DNA of 64,000 nt from an uncultured Verrucomicrobiae bacterium (GTDB lineage: Bacteria > Verrucomicrobiota > Verrucomicrobiia > Limisphaerales > JAFGQR01). Position numbers and translations under genes: made by a program. The notes under the pieces are model-generated. The model saw only the letters and a list, made by a program, of their open reading frames with translations. It was not told the origin of the DNA and made no database searches. Where the stretch lies: NCBI GenBank assembly GCA_963788655.1, contig CAWBHS010000088.1, positions 128,001 through 192,000 of the forward strand, read 5' to 3'. Positions 42,547 to 52,401 of this stretch are shown here, piece after piece (position 1 is the stretch's first letter; the number at the start of each line of letters is the position of its first letter).

Positions 42547-43113
42547 TCAGCGTTTCCGCAATCGGGCGACGGCCTCCTTCATTTCCGCCAGATGGACATC
42601 GGCGCTGGGATTGTCGGTAATGTGCGCGATTTTTCCGTCCAATCCGATCAGAAAGCTTACCCGGCGCGCCATGTCTCGACCGTTCATCCGGGCGCCGTAC
42701 GAGTTGGCAATCTTGCCGTTGGTATCGGCCAGGAGGGTGAAATTCAATTTGTGCTTTTCGCGAAAAGCCCGGTGGCTGGCCGGATCATCGAAGCTAACTC
42801 CCACAACCTCAACTTCTTGTTGCTTCAAATCAGCCATCCGGTCCCGCAAGCCGCAAGCTTCTTTGGTACAGCCCGGGGTGTCGTCTTTGGGATAGAAATA
42901 CAACAACACAATCTTTTTGCCGATGAAATCGGCCAACTTCCATGACTTGCCGTCCTGGTCCTGGCCTTTGACCAGCGGGGCTTTATCGCCCACTTTGAGG
43001 GACTGTTTGGGGGCCGCAGCGTTGGTGCTGGTAATGGCCAAAACTACGACGGCCATGGCTAAGGCAGTCGTCGCCTGTCTGACTGTATTCAGGTTAATCG
43101 AGTTCATTGGCAT
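42547..43113 (-). CDS. bcp: Peroxiredoxin Q/BCP with signal peptide
   Basis: YFYPKDDTPGCTKEACGLRD, GVSFD, RVSFLIG; N-terminal hydrophobic signal. Confidence 0.9.
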   Translation of the reverse strand: MPMNSINLNTVRQATTALAMAVVVLAITSTNAAAPKQSLKVGDKAPLVKGQDQDGKSWKLADFIGKKIVLLYFYPKDDTPGCTKEACGLRDRMADLKQQEVEVVGVSFDDPASHRAFREKHKLNFTLLADTNGKIANSYGARMNGRDMARRVSFLIGLDGKIAHITDNPSADVHLAEMKEAVARLRKR

Positions 43114-43116
43114 GCA

Positions 43117-44169
43117 TTATAGACGAACTGGCCGTCCAAGGCGAATGGACTTTTCTTCGGCTTCGCAAATTTCCACCGCGCTCAAGGCATCCTTGGGGGT
43201 GACGACCGTCGGCGGTTTGCCGGTCTGGATGGCTTCGATAATGTGGCGCAACTCGCCCACGTACCCATCGGGACCGGGACATTTGATGACGCGTGGGGCT
43301 TTGCCTTCTTCAAATAACCGCAGGGCTTCGGCGCCGCGGGACAGGTCGTAATCCACGGTGGCTCGTTCAAAACTTACCGTGTAAGCCATGTTGAAGCCAT
43401 GGCCTGGCGTCATCAGCCAGGTGCCTTCGGCATACACGACGGCCCCGTTCGGAACCTGGTATTGGGTAACCACGTGGTCGATGGCCCCGCTGAACCGGCT
43501 GATCCCGCTGGAAGACACGCTGGTCGGACGACCGAACAGGAATTGGATGAAGTCCGTGTCATGAATGTGCATGTCCAGGAGCGCCCCGCCCGATTGGTTG
43601 CCTTTGAAATAACTGTCCCGGCTCCAACCCGGTGGTTCGGACACCCGACGGAACCGGGCGGCCAGCACCTTGCCGAATTTGTTTTTGTCGATGGCTTCTT
43701 TGACCCAGATCCATTGCGGCCAGAACCGCAGACACATCGCCGGCAGCAAATAGCCTTTGGCCGATTGGGCGGCCGCGACGATTTGGCGCGCGAGTTTCGC
43801 AGTGCGGGCCAGCGGCTTTTCGCATACCACATGTTTGCCGGCTTTGAGGGCAGCAATGCTTTGCGGCACGTGCAACGGCGTGGGCACACAGAGGTCAACC
43901 AGCTCGACGTCGGCGTCAGCCAATAGGTCTTCAATGGCTTGATAGACCCGGATGTTCTTTCCAAGATCAACGGCGTCGTAGCCGGCCAGGTTGCCGGTGA
44001 TTCCCGGCAGGATGCCATTAACGGGAGAGCGGACCGAATCGCACACGGCGACGAGGCGGGCGGTCTTGATTTTCTGGTAGGCGCGGAGATGGGTCACGCC
44101 CATGAATCCGAGGCCAACCACGGCGACGTTGACTTTGCGAGAGGAGGCGCGGGAAGCGGGTTTTGCCAT
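43117..44169 (-). CDS. Gfo/Idh/MocA family oxidoreductase
   Basis: VAVVGLGFMG, CVPTPLH, VVCEKPLA, GGALLDMHIHDTD. Confidence 0.93.
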   Translation of the reverse strand: MAKPASRASSRKVNVAVVGLGFMGVTHLRAYQKIKTARLVAVCDSVRSPVNGILPGITGNLAGYDAVDLGKNIRVYQAIEDLLADADVELVDLCVPTPLHVPQSIAALKAGKHVVCEKPLARTAKLARQIVAAAQSAKGYLLPAMCLRFWPQWIWVKEAIDKNKFGKVLAARFRRVSEPPGWSRDSYFKGNQSGGALLDMHIHDTDFIQFLFGRPTSVSSSGISRFSGAIDHVVTQYQVPNGAVVYAEGTWLMTPGHGFNMAYTVSFERATVDYDLSRGAEALRLFEEGKAPRVIKCPGPDGYVGELRHIIEAIQTGKPPTVVTPKDALSAVEICEAEEKSIRLGRPVRL

Positions 44170-44207
44170 AGAATTTAAGATGGTGTTTGGACGGGAGAGC
44201 AGGATGG

Positions 44208-45047
44208 TTACGAGGACTGAAGAGCTTGGACGAATTCTTGGGCCGCACGAATGTCTGGCACGCGTTGGGTGCCGGCTTCGCGTTCGATGCAGCAGTTCCC
44301 AGTGAACTGGACTTCTTCCAGAGCGGCGAAGAATGCCTTCCAATCCACCTCCCCCGAGCCGACCACAACTTCCTCGCCCCACGTGCCGGGTTGCTTGGTC
44401 TTGGTGGCGTCTTTGAGGTGGACCTGGCGAATCCAGGGTCCCAAAGTTCGCAAGGCTTCGATGGGATTGCCCTTGTCATACAGGAGCATGTTGGCGGGAT
44501 CGAAATTCACGCCGACATTCGGACGTCCCAGTTTTTCGAGGAAACTACGCAATGTCTCCGCGGTCTCCTGGCCGGTTTCGAAGGCCAAATCGATGTTCTT
44601 CACTGCAAACGCGTCCGCCACAATCCGGATGCGGTCCTGCAGCTTCTTGAAATCCGGATCGCTTTCTTCATGCGGGAGAAATCCGGCGTGGAAGCTGACC
44701 AGTCGCAGGCTGAGTTGGTGAGCGATTTGCACGACGGCCTCGATATTGGTCCAATTCTGATCCCAAGTGGCATCGGGCACCAAGCCTCCGGTGCGCCGGA
44801 TGGAATCCAACGTGGAATAGTCTTCGCCCACCGTGCCGAACATGCCGGAGACGAGGGTCACCTGGTTCTGTTCGCACTGCCGGGCCAGGTTGCCCCAGAC
44901 GGCGGGAGATTCCCGGAGCGGATCGAGCGCACATTGAATGCGGTGAATGCCGATTTCGCGCAACTGCTCGAAGAGTTGATCCGGAGACGCGGGTTGCAGC
45001 GACCAACTACAAACGGCCAGGCGATCTTGCAGGGGAGTGGAACTCAT
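44208..45047 (-). CDS. Sugar phosphate isomerase/epimerase (xylose isomerase-like TIM barrel)
   Basis: FHAGF, AFETGQE, VNFDPANM, VHLKDA, GSGEVDW, CIERE. Confidence 0.92.
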   Translation of the reverse strand: MSSTPLQDRLAVCSWSLQPASPDQLFEQLREIGIHRIQCALDPLRESPAVWGNLARQCEQNQVTLVSGMFGTVGEDYSTLDSIRRTGGLVPDATWDQNWTNIEAVVQIAHQLSLRLVSFHAGFLPHEESDPDFKKLQDRIRIVADAFAVKNIDLAFETGQETAETLRSFLEKLGRPNVGVNFDPANMLLYDKGNPIEALRTLGPWIRQVHLKDATKTKQPGTWGEEVVVGSGEVDWKAFFAALEEVQFTGNCCIEREAGTQRVPDIRAAQEFVQALQSS

Positions 45048-45083
45048 GACACTAAAGAATTTAGGGGATGGAGCACTGGATTA

Positions 45084-45851
45084 TTAATTTTCTTCCGGCT
45101 GTTGGTTCGATACCGTGGGAGCAGGAGTCCGCGGGGATCGCCGCAATTTGTTTTGCAACAATAGGCGCCAAACCATCAAGAGCGCTTCACGGACGATCTT
45201 GCTGGACATCTTCGAACTGCCCTGGAAGCGGTCCGTGAAAACGATGGGCACTTCGGCAATCCGCATACCCCGCCGCCAGAGCTTGTGCGTAATCTCGATC
45301 TGGAAACTGTACCCATTGGAATGGACGGCATCCAGGTCGAGCGAGGCCAGGGCGCGCCGGCGAAAACACTTGAAACCGCCGGTCGGGTCGGAGATGGGCA
45401 TACCGGTCACCACCCGAACATAGCGGGCGGCGCTGAGGCTGAGCATCAGGCGCTTCAGGGGCCAGTTGATGACCCGGATGCCATTGCGATAGCGGGAGCC
45501 CAGGACCAGGTCGGCGTCCCGGGCGGCATCGAGAAAACTCGGAATGGCGTGGGGATCGTGCGAAAAATCGCCGTCCATTTCAAAGATGAATTCGTATTCG
45601 TGCGCCAAGGCCCATTTGAAGCCGGCGCAATACGCGCGCCCCAGCCCGTCCTTTTCCTCCCGGTGCAATACGTGTACTTTGGGGTTGCGGGCGGAAATGC
45701 TGTCTGCCAGTTTACCCGTACCGTCCGGTGAGTTGTCATCGACGATCAACAGGTCGAGATCGACGGGCAATCCCAGGATGCATTCGACCAGCGAGGGAAG
45801 GTTCTCTCGTTCGTTATAAGTTGGGACGATGACCAATGTCTTGTGACTCAT
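45084..45851 (-). CDS. Polyprenol monophosphomannose synthase (GT2)
   Basis: IVPTYNEREN, VDDNSPDGTG, GLGRAY, EMDGDFSHDP, DPTGGFKCF, SNGYSFQIE. Confidence 0.93.
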   Translation of the reverse strand: MSHKTLVIVPTYNERENLPSLVECILGLPVDLDLLIVDDNSPDGTGKLADSISARNPKVHVLHREEKDGLGRAYCAGFKWALAHEYEFIFEMDGDFSHDPHAIPSFLDAARDADLVLGSRYRNGIRVINWPLKRLMLSLSAARYVRVVTGMPISDPTGGFKCFRRRALASLDLDAVHSNGYSFQIEITHKLWRRGMRIAEVPIVFTDRFQGSSKMSSKIVREALLMVWRLLLQNKLRRSPRTPAPTVSNQQPEEN

Positions 45852-46136
45852 TCGGACTAAATTTGCGGTGACAACTAAACAAATTACGGACCAAACACAA
45901 GTCAGGAGTTTGCGGCGTCCGGCACGCCGCAGTTCCTCAGACTTCCGGCGATGGGACCTGGCCACCGCAAGGTTCGACGCCACTGGCCAGCCGGGCGGTC
46001 TGAGCCGGGCAAATCAACGGCCGATCGGTGGCCAATCTGCGGAGCATCGGCCGGCAACCTTTCTAAAAGCCAACGTTGACAGGTTGTTGGCCGCCGATTA
46101 GCCTCTCGCAAAAAATGACCCTGAATTGTCTGTAAA

Positions 46137-46898
46137 ATGTTACTTAGGATATTCTTAATTCTAACGATATTGGCTGGGATTGGGACGATTGCAATCACCC
46201 AGTTCAAGGTGCGTCCCCACATTCAGGGCATCATCGACGAGCGCAACCGCCAGACCCAACGAGCGGAAGTGGCCGAGTCAAGTTTGCGGAAGACGAAGAA
46301 ACAGTTGGCCGATACGGAAGGTGAACTGCACAATACGAAGAAGAATCTCGATGACACCCAAACCCAACTGGCTTCCACCAAAAACCAACTGAACAGCGAG
46401 CGGACCCGCGCCAACGGGCTCCAAAAAAACCTGGAGGACACGCGCCGGGAGTTGCGCTCCACCCAACAGCAATTGAGTGCCTGGGATGCCTTGGGCATTC
46501 CGGTGGAAACCGTCAAAGCGTTGATTGAAGCCGAAAAGAAACTCAGGGTCGAAATTGAAGCGCTGACGGAGGAAAAACGAATCATCAATGAAGAACTCAC
46601 CCGGGCTTTGGGCAAGATCAAGATCTATGAACAAGGCCGGGGGGAAGACTTCGAGATTCCCCTGCCACCTGGAATCAGGGGCCAAGTGATGGTGGTGGAT
46701 CCGAAATGGCGATTTGTGGTCCTGAATGTGGGCTCCGAGGATAAGGTTGAAGAAAACGGTGTGCTATTGGTCAGCCGTAAAGGCAAGCTGGTGGCCAAGC
46801 TGAAAATTGCGCGGGTCAGCGCCGACCGCAGTATTGCCAACGTGATGCCCGGTTGGAGTTTTGGCCAGATTCGGGAGGGGGACGACGTTCTCAATTAA
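46137..46898 (+). CDS. Membrane-anchored coiled-coil protein with C-terminal beta domain
   Basis: N-terminal TM, long heptad region, GQVMVVDPKWRFVVLNVG...SIANV...GDDV. Confidence 0.8.
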   Translation: MLLRIFLILTILAGIGTIAITQFKVRPHIQGIIDERNRQTQRAEVAESSLRKTKKQLADTEGELHNTKKNLDDTQTQLASTKNQLNSERTRANGLQKNLEDTRRELRSTQQQLSAWDALGIPVETVKALIEAEKKLRVEIEALTEEKRIINEELTRALGKIKIYEQGRGEDFEIPLPPGIRGQVMVVDPKWRFVVLNVGSEDKVEENGVLLVSRKGKLVAKLKIARVSADRSIANVMPGWSFGQIREGDDVLN

Positions 46899-46899
46899 C

Positions 46900-47070
46900 A
46901 TGAAGCGGTTAATTAAATACACCTTGCTGATGTTGGCGGTGTTGGCCATGGGATTGGGACCCGTCGGCTGCAAGTCCGCGGATTCCGAAAATGTCTCGTC
47001 GCGTCCCTGGAATACGCCGCGAGGTTTTGACACCGGATTGCCGGGATTCGATTACAACCAGCGCCGGTAA
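46900..47070 (+). CDS. Small lipoprotein
   Basis: MKRLIKYTLLMLAVLAMGLGPVGC lipobox, SSRPWNTPRGF; starts 1 nt after the previous stop. Confidence 0.75.
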   Translation: MKRLIKYTLLMLAVLAMGLGPVGCKSADSENVSSRPWNTPRGFDTGLPGFDYNQRR

Positions 47071-47143
47071 CCGGGATGTTTCACGGCCTCACCTTTGCCG
47101 TATCCATTCAGTAGCTGGAGCAGCGATGACGCGCTTCGGCGCG

Positions 47144-47276
47144 GTAGGACAGGCGTCTCGCCTGTCTCGAATAGCCAAGCCCATCCGCCCCTGTTGGCGA
47201 CCGGAAGAGACTTCCTACGCTGCGGTGCAAATCGATGGTTGGCAGTCGTTCGAGACAGGCGGGACGCCTGTCCTAC
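47144..47276. repeat. GTAGGACAGGCGTCTCGCCTGTCTCGAA REP doublet
   Basis: Arms 47144-47171 and 47249-47276 are reverse complements with one mismatch; between convergent genes. Confidence 0.9.
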
Positions 47277-47409
47277 TGAATAGAAGCCGCGCCGCGAGCC
47301 GGCGACTCCAGCGTTTCGGCTGTCCAAGCAAACTGCTATCAGCACGACGGTCGAGACAGGAGGCACTGGCTACTTTCTTATTCCGCGAACCGGCACGTTC
47401 AGTTCCCAC

Positions 47410-48129
47410 TCACGCCCGGTGTTGTTCAAGGATTTCCTGGATTTCCGTCAACACCCGCTGGCAGACCTGTGGTGAACGCCACGTCATCGTCTCCGCGGGC
47501 GACCGGGCAATGACCTGCCGGGCTTCCTCGATCTGCCGGGCAAACTCATCCGGCGCCAGCACCTCATCCACCAGACCGCACGCCCGGGCCTGAAGGGCGC
47601 TGATTTCGCCGGCCAACCAACATTCGACCCGATGGGCGGCGGCTTGTCGCGCCGCGGTGAGGGGATGAACGATGTGCGCCAGCTTGGCCAATTCTCCGCG
47701 CGGGATGCGGAACCGGGCCGTGTGCGAAGCAATCAACCGGTCAGCACAGGCCGCCAAGCCCACTCCTCCGCCGACGACGTAGCCTTGCACAAAGGCGATC
47801 GTGTGGGCGCGAGTCATCAGCAACCGCGCATACACCAATTCCAGCAACTCCAGGTGCCGCGAACGCACCGGCCAGGTCGCCACCCGCCGGCACTCTGCCA
47901 AGTCCAGCCCGCTGCAAAACGCCGGGCCGCTCCCTGTGAACACGATCTGTGACACCTCGGGATTATTGACCGCGCACAACAGTTGTTCCAGTGCCCGGAG
48001 GTTGAGTGCATTCCGTTTGGCGGGCCGATTCAATTGCACCTCGAGAATCGTTCCGCCGTTGGGGGTGGCCTGGCAAGTGGTCAACACTTCCGGCTCGACC
48101 GGGAATGGTTTTGGCGATTCTGAATCCAT
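47410..48129 (-). CDS. Enoyl-CoA hydratase/isomerase family protein
   Basis: LNRPAKRNALN, FCSGLDL, VQGYVVGGGVGLAACAD, ISALQARACGLVDEV. Confidence 0.85.
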   Translation of the reverse strand: MDSESPKPFPVEPEVLTTCQATPNGGTILEVQLNRPAKRNALNLRALEQLLCAVNNPEVSQIVFTGSGPAFCSGLDLAECRRVATWPVRSRHLELLELVYARLLMTRAHTIAFVQGYVVGGGVGLAACADRLIASHTARFRIPRGELAKLAHIVHPLTAARQAAAHRVECWLAGEISALQARACGLVDEVLAPDEFARQIEEARQVIARSPAETMTWRSPQVCQRVLTEIQEILEQHRA

Positions 48130-50852
48130 TACTGTAACACAAAGCTGACCGGAGCAAAGGCGTGAAGGTCGGTCTCGAAAGCGGCGCGTGCCAGCGGGCG
48201 GGTCGGCCCGGCGGGCTGGCCGCGCAAGTTCACCGGTTGCACCGTGCGCACGTTCAATCCTGCCGGGAGTTGCACCTCGACGCGGCCGGATTGCCCCGCC
48301 AGTTCCCACAAGCGCAACACCGTGCCCGCCCCATCCGGATTAGGGCCAAAGGCGGTGACCATGACTCCTTTGCGCGAGAGGCTCAAACCAGTGGGTTTTT
48401 CCGGCAGCGCCTCAGCGGCGCCCTCGGCCATCACCGCTTGCAACGGAAACCTCGCTTCCAGCGACGGCGTGATCAGGCAACGCTCGGCGGCATAATGCTG
48501 GTATGCCCAAATCCGCACTCGGAACGTCCACGTGCCTTCGTTCCACAACCGGAAATTCGTCGTCCACTGGTTGTTGAACAGGTTCACATAGACCGCCGGC
48601 CAGCGGGGCACGAACTCCAGCGAATACTTCCAGCACCCCGGGGTGTCGAGACTCACCAATGGACTGTCCAACGAACATAGACCGACGCCGGCGCCATCCG
48701 GGCCGAAGAGTGCCACGCCGGTGTTAATGCCGAACAGATGCCGGTTCGCGCCGCGCGCGACATCCTTGACCGGATCAATGATCGATCCCAATCGTCCCAG
48801 GCGAAACTGCGGTGCCTCGATTTTGAAGGGCAGACAAATCCACCCGGCTTCCGGCCAGGGATCAGCGGGCTTGTGGTGCAGCGTGACTTCCAGGTCAGCG
48901 TAGGGCTGATCCGAATAAAGGGTGAGGCGCGTCGTGACGGGATAAGGCAATTCGGCGCTCGCGGTGGAGTTCAGACTGGCCGTGACCGAGAACGGCGTTG
49001 TGGTGTAGGCGACCTGGCAGTTCTGCGGTGACACGGCGCGATAGGGCGCCTCGCTGGCGGGGGGCAGGTTGGGCTTGCCCAATTCGTTGATGGCCCAGTC
49101 CGTGTTGATCTTGACGTACGCTTTGACGAAACCGGCCACTTGATTGGAATCAAAGCGCTCATACAGGTATTGGCCGAACCCATGGGCTGCTGAAGTGTCC
49201 ACCAATTCCCGACCGGAGCGTTTGTCCACCAGCGAGCGAATCGCTCCGTGAGCCGAATCCAGCACCGCTTTGAAAACCGGTGTCTCCATGGTGGCGGACT
49301 TGGCATCGATGCGGGATGGCGCGGATTCGTGCGCCTTGGCGGGCGAATAGATTGCATACGCCATTGCCGGAATCCGCTTGGCAATAAATTGGAAGCCATC
49401 GTCGGTGCGGACCACCGGCGACTCGGAACCAAGCTGCTGGTCGCTCACTACTGCCGGTAGGGTCTTTAAATCGATATTGGAGTGAGCCACCTGCACCAAA
49501 CCGTCTCGTGGCCACGGCAGCGGGTTGTAAACCACGATGCGGTGGGAAGGATTTACGCTGTTGTGGTTCGTGCCGTGAGCCAGCGCCGACATTTCGCGCT
49601 GAAGCAACGGCGTGATCAAATCCCGCGCTGCCTCGATGTAGGCGGTGTGTTCGGCCCACGAATCTTCCAGCCGCTGAAACCGCTTGGCCGCGTGATCAGC
49701 TTTCCAGGTATCGCCGTAGCCCCATTTCGCGCCTCCCGAATATTTCGTGACCCAATACAGCGCCCCACCCCAAGTATGTTCCCCGTAGAGCAGGCTCTTC
49801 TCGTAGGCCCGGGCAATGGTGTCCGCATCGTTGGACGCCGGTATTCCCCAGGTGGGCAGCAGAGTATTTAACGCTTCCGCAACCGTGATCAGCGGACGGA
49901 CGTTTCGCGCGATACGGGCGCCGGCGGGGTCGCAGAGCGGTCCGTGAATCCACGTGTCCGGCATATCGCCCCGCACCACGGGGAGGTCGGCATTTTCTCC
50001 GAGAATGGCGTCGGCAAAGTCCGCGAGCCGGCCAATCCGCACCGTGGCGCCAGGAAGCTTCTGTTTGGCCTCATCAAGCAGCTTCTTTACCTCCTCGGGG
50101 CGAGGCGGACCGTGATTGTCCCCGGTGTGAATGAGTGCCAGCCAGGTTTGGTACGGCCAGTCGGCCGGTGGCAGCAAACCGGTGCCATAACCTTCGGCGA
50201 TATACATGGTCAGCAACCGCGACCCGCCAGGGCCTTCCCACCAGAACAAGCGGGGCACTCGCGGCGACGAACTGGCGGCGTTGCAGCCCAGGTGCAGAAA
50301 GTCCACCCCGGCGTGTTTGAGCAACGTGGGCAAGATCCAGGAGTGGCAGGGCACATCCGTCATCTTCGCGTCGCGCGGCAACGCAAGGCCGACCGCGCGC
50401 GACACCTGCGACGCAAAGTCCAGTCCGCGCACCAAATCCTCCGGCTCGAGCAATTCCGTGTGCGTGGTAAACGGCAGCGCATGGACGACAAAGCGTCCTG
50501 CCTTTAGCGCCGCCAGAATCCGCTGCTTCCGTTCCGGCGTCTGCCCCGGCCAGTCTTCCGTGATCTGGCTCATTGGCCAGCCGGGCACGGTCCAAACAAA
50601 CTGCTGTTCCGGCGGCAAATCACGGTTTTGTTCCACCACGCGTAGCGCGTCATCGATCATGGTCGTCCGATAACGGCGGACAACATTGCTGGCCAAGTCG
50701 GTGTAACCGATGTCGAAATGTGTTTTAAAAACGATGATTACCTGCCGGAGCGGCTGGTTCGGTTTGGCCTCAGCCCGCCCGGCGTATGGGGTGACGAACA
50801 GGCTGATGGTGGCAAGGACGGCAAGGATGTCAATTCGGGCAATGCGTTTCAT
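48129..50852 (-). CDS. Exported GH38-like glycoside hydrolase
   Basis: Signal peptide, FKTHFDIGYTD, MTDVP, GDNHGPP, LLYGEHTWG, VVYNPLPWPR, NNQWTTNF. Confidence 0.8.
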   Translation of the reverse strand: MKRIARIDILAVLATISLFVTPYAGRAEAKPNQPLRQVIIVFKTHFDIGYTDLASNVVRRYRTTMIDDALRVVEQNRDLPPEQQFVWTVPGWPMSQITEDWPGQTPERKQRILAALKAGRFVVHALPFTTHTELLEPEDLVRGLDFASQVSRAVGLALPRDAKMTDVPCHSWILPTLLKHAGVDFLHLGCNAASSSPRVPRLFWWEGPGGSRLLTMYIAEGYGTGLLPPADWPYQTWLALIHTGDNHGPPRPEEVKKLLDEAKQKLPGATVRIGRLADFADAILGENADLPVVRGDMPDTWIHGPLCDPAGARIARNVRPLITVAEALNTLLPTWGIPASNDADTIARAYEKSLLYGEHTWGGALYWVTKYSGGAKWGYGDTWKADHAAKRFQRLEDSWAEHTAYIEAARDLITPLLQREMSALAHGTNHNSVNPSHRIVVYNPLPWPRDGLVQVAHSNIDLKTLPAVVSDQQLGSESPVVRTDDGFQFIAKRIPAMAYAIYSPAKAHESAPSRIDAKSATMETPVFKAVLDSAHGAIRSLVDKRSGRELVDTSAAHGFGQYLYERFDSNQVAGFVKAYVKINTDWAINELGKPNLPPASEAPYRAVSPQNCQVAYTTTPFSVTASLNSTASAELPYPVTTRLTLYSDQPYADLEVTLHHKPADPWPEAGWICLPFKIEAPQFRLGRLGSIIDPVKDVARGANRHLFGINTGVALFGPDGAGVGLCSLDSPLVSLDTPGCWKYSLEFVPRWPAVYVNLFNNQWTTNFRLWNEGTWTFRVRIWAYQHYAAERCLITPSLEARFPLQAVMAEGAAEALPEKPTGLSLSRKGVMVTAFGPNPDGAGTVLRLWELAGQSGRVEVQLPAGLNVRTVQPVNLRGQPAGPTRPLARAAFETDLHAFAPVSFVLQ

Positions 50853-51006
50853 GAGCGTCAGGACTTGCCCGGATGGTGCCTCGAAAGTGGCCAAGAGCGA
50901 AAGCGGAAAATAAGCCCCCTTGGTTTTCGGTGGCCTCATATTTGGTTTGTGCGAGATTCGGGCTTCGCTTAATTTCAATCGGTTTTAGCACGATAAAGAA
51001 CGTATT

Positions 51007-52285
51007 ATGAGTTCGAAGCGTAAACGACATCAGGTGCAACTCAAAAAGCGATTGCATCGCGCAAAGGATCGGAAAGCAGCCCCCACTCCCCAAACGTCCC
51101 CTCGACCTAAGCCTGACACCAACAACTTGGTGACACCGAAGAAGAACCTACCCAAGAGAGTGCTCATCGGCGCCGCAATCGTCATCCTTGCGGGGCTTGG
51201 CTTGTATGCCATAAGCACGAGCATGCACCGCCCGGCGACAACCGACACAGCCACCTCGGAGACCAATCCACCCGTGGGAGCGGGAGCCACCAACCTCGCT
51301 CGCCGCATCGCCGCCGTCCGTTCCGCTCACTACGGCTCTGAACGCCAATGGCGGCATCCCGCACCTTCAATTCGCCACGACGACTCACGACTTTGGCAAG
51401 ATCGATGGCGGGGCGACGGTCAAATATAGTTTCGTCTTCACCAATACGGGGAATGGTGTGCTGGAGATCAAGGACGTCCATCCTTCCTGCGGCTGCACCA
51501 CCGCTGGCGAATGGTCGCGCCAAGTCGAACCGGGCCAGACCGGCACGATCCCCATCCAGTTCAACAGTGGCAACTTTACCGGCCAGATTGGCAAATCAAT
51601 CAGCGTGACTTGCAACGATCCAGCCCAGCCAACCGAGACGCTCCACATCAAAGGCACGGTCTGGCGTCCGATCGACGTCATCCCGCAATCCGCCATCCTA
51701 AACCTGAGCGCTGAATCGCCATCGAACGCGACTACCGTGCGCATTATCAATAACCTGGAGGAACCGCTCACCCTTTCCAATTTGCAGTGTAAATCGAGCG
51801 CGTTTGCCGCCGAGCTTACCACCAACCAACCGGGCAAGGCCTACTCAGTGCTGATCAAAACCGTGCCGCCGTGGCCGACCAACAGCGTGAACGGCCAAGT
51901 CACGCTCCAGACCTCCGCCACGCAGATGAACCTCATCACCATCACGGCCTGGGCGAATGTGCAGCCGGTGCTGACAGCCATGCCCTCCGTGGTCACGCTG
52001 CCGGCCGGCCCGTTGACGAACAAGTTGACGCTGCTGGTTTGGATTCGTAACAACGGCACCAACACCTTGGCGCTGTCCGAGGCGGCGGTGAATGCCAAAG
52101 GCGTGGATGTGTCCGTCCAGGCCAGCCAGCCGGGCCGCTACTATTATGCTGAGATTACGTTCCCGACCGGATTCACCGTCCCGCCCGGGGAGAAGGTTGA
52201 GTTCAGCGTCAAATCGAATCACCCGCAATACCCCATCATCAAGGTGCCGATCACGCAACCGCCAGGGCCCGCAACGGGATCTTGA
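51007..52285 (+). CDS. DUF1573 Ig-like domain protein (frameshift near 51300)
   Basis: TM segment then HDFGK, FVFTNTG, VHPSCGCT, VEPGQTGTI, KSISVTCNDP; repeated Ig-like modules. Confidence 0.8.
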
Positions 52286-52401
52286 TCTAACCATCCTGGG
52301 AGAACGCTTGGGCGGCGGGCTGGTTTTGGCTACTGGTGCGGCATCTGCAGCGTGCCATAGTCGGCACGGTTTTCATTTCGAATGGTGCAGGGATCGACTG
52401 C

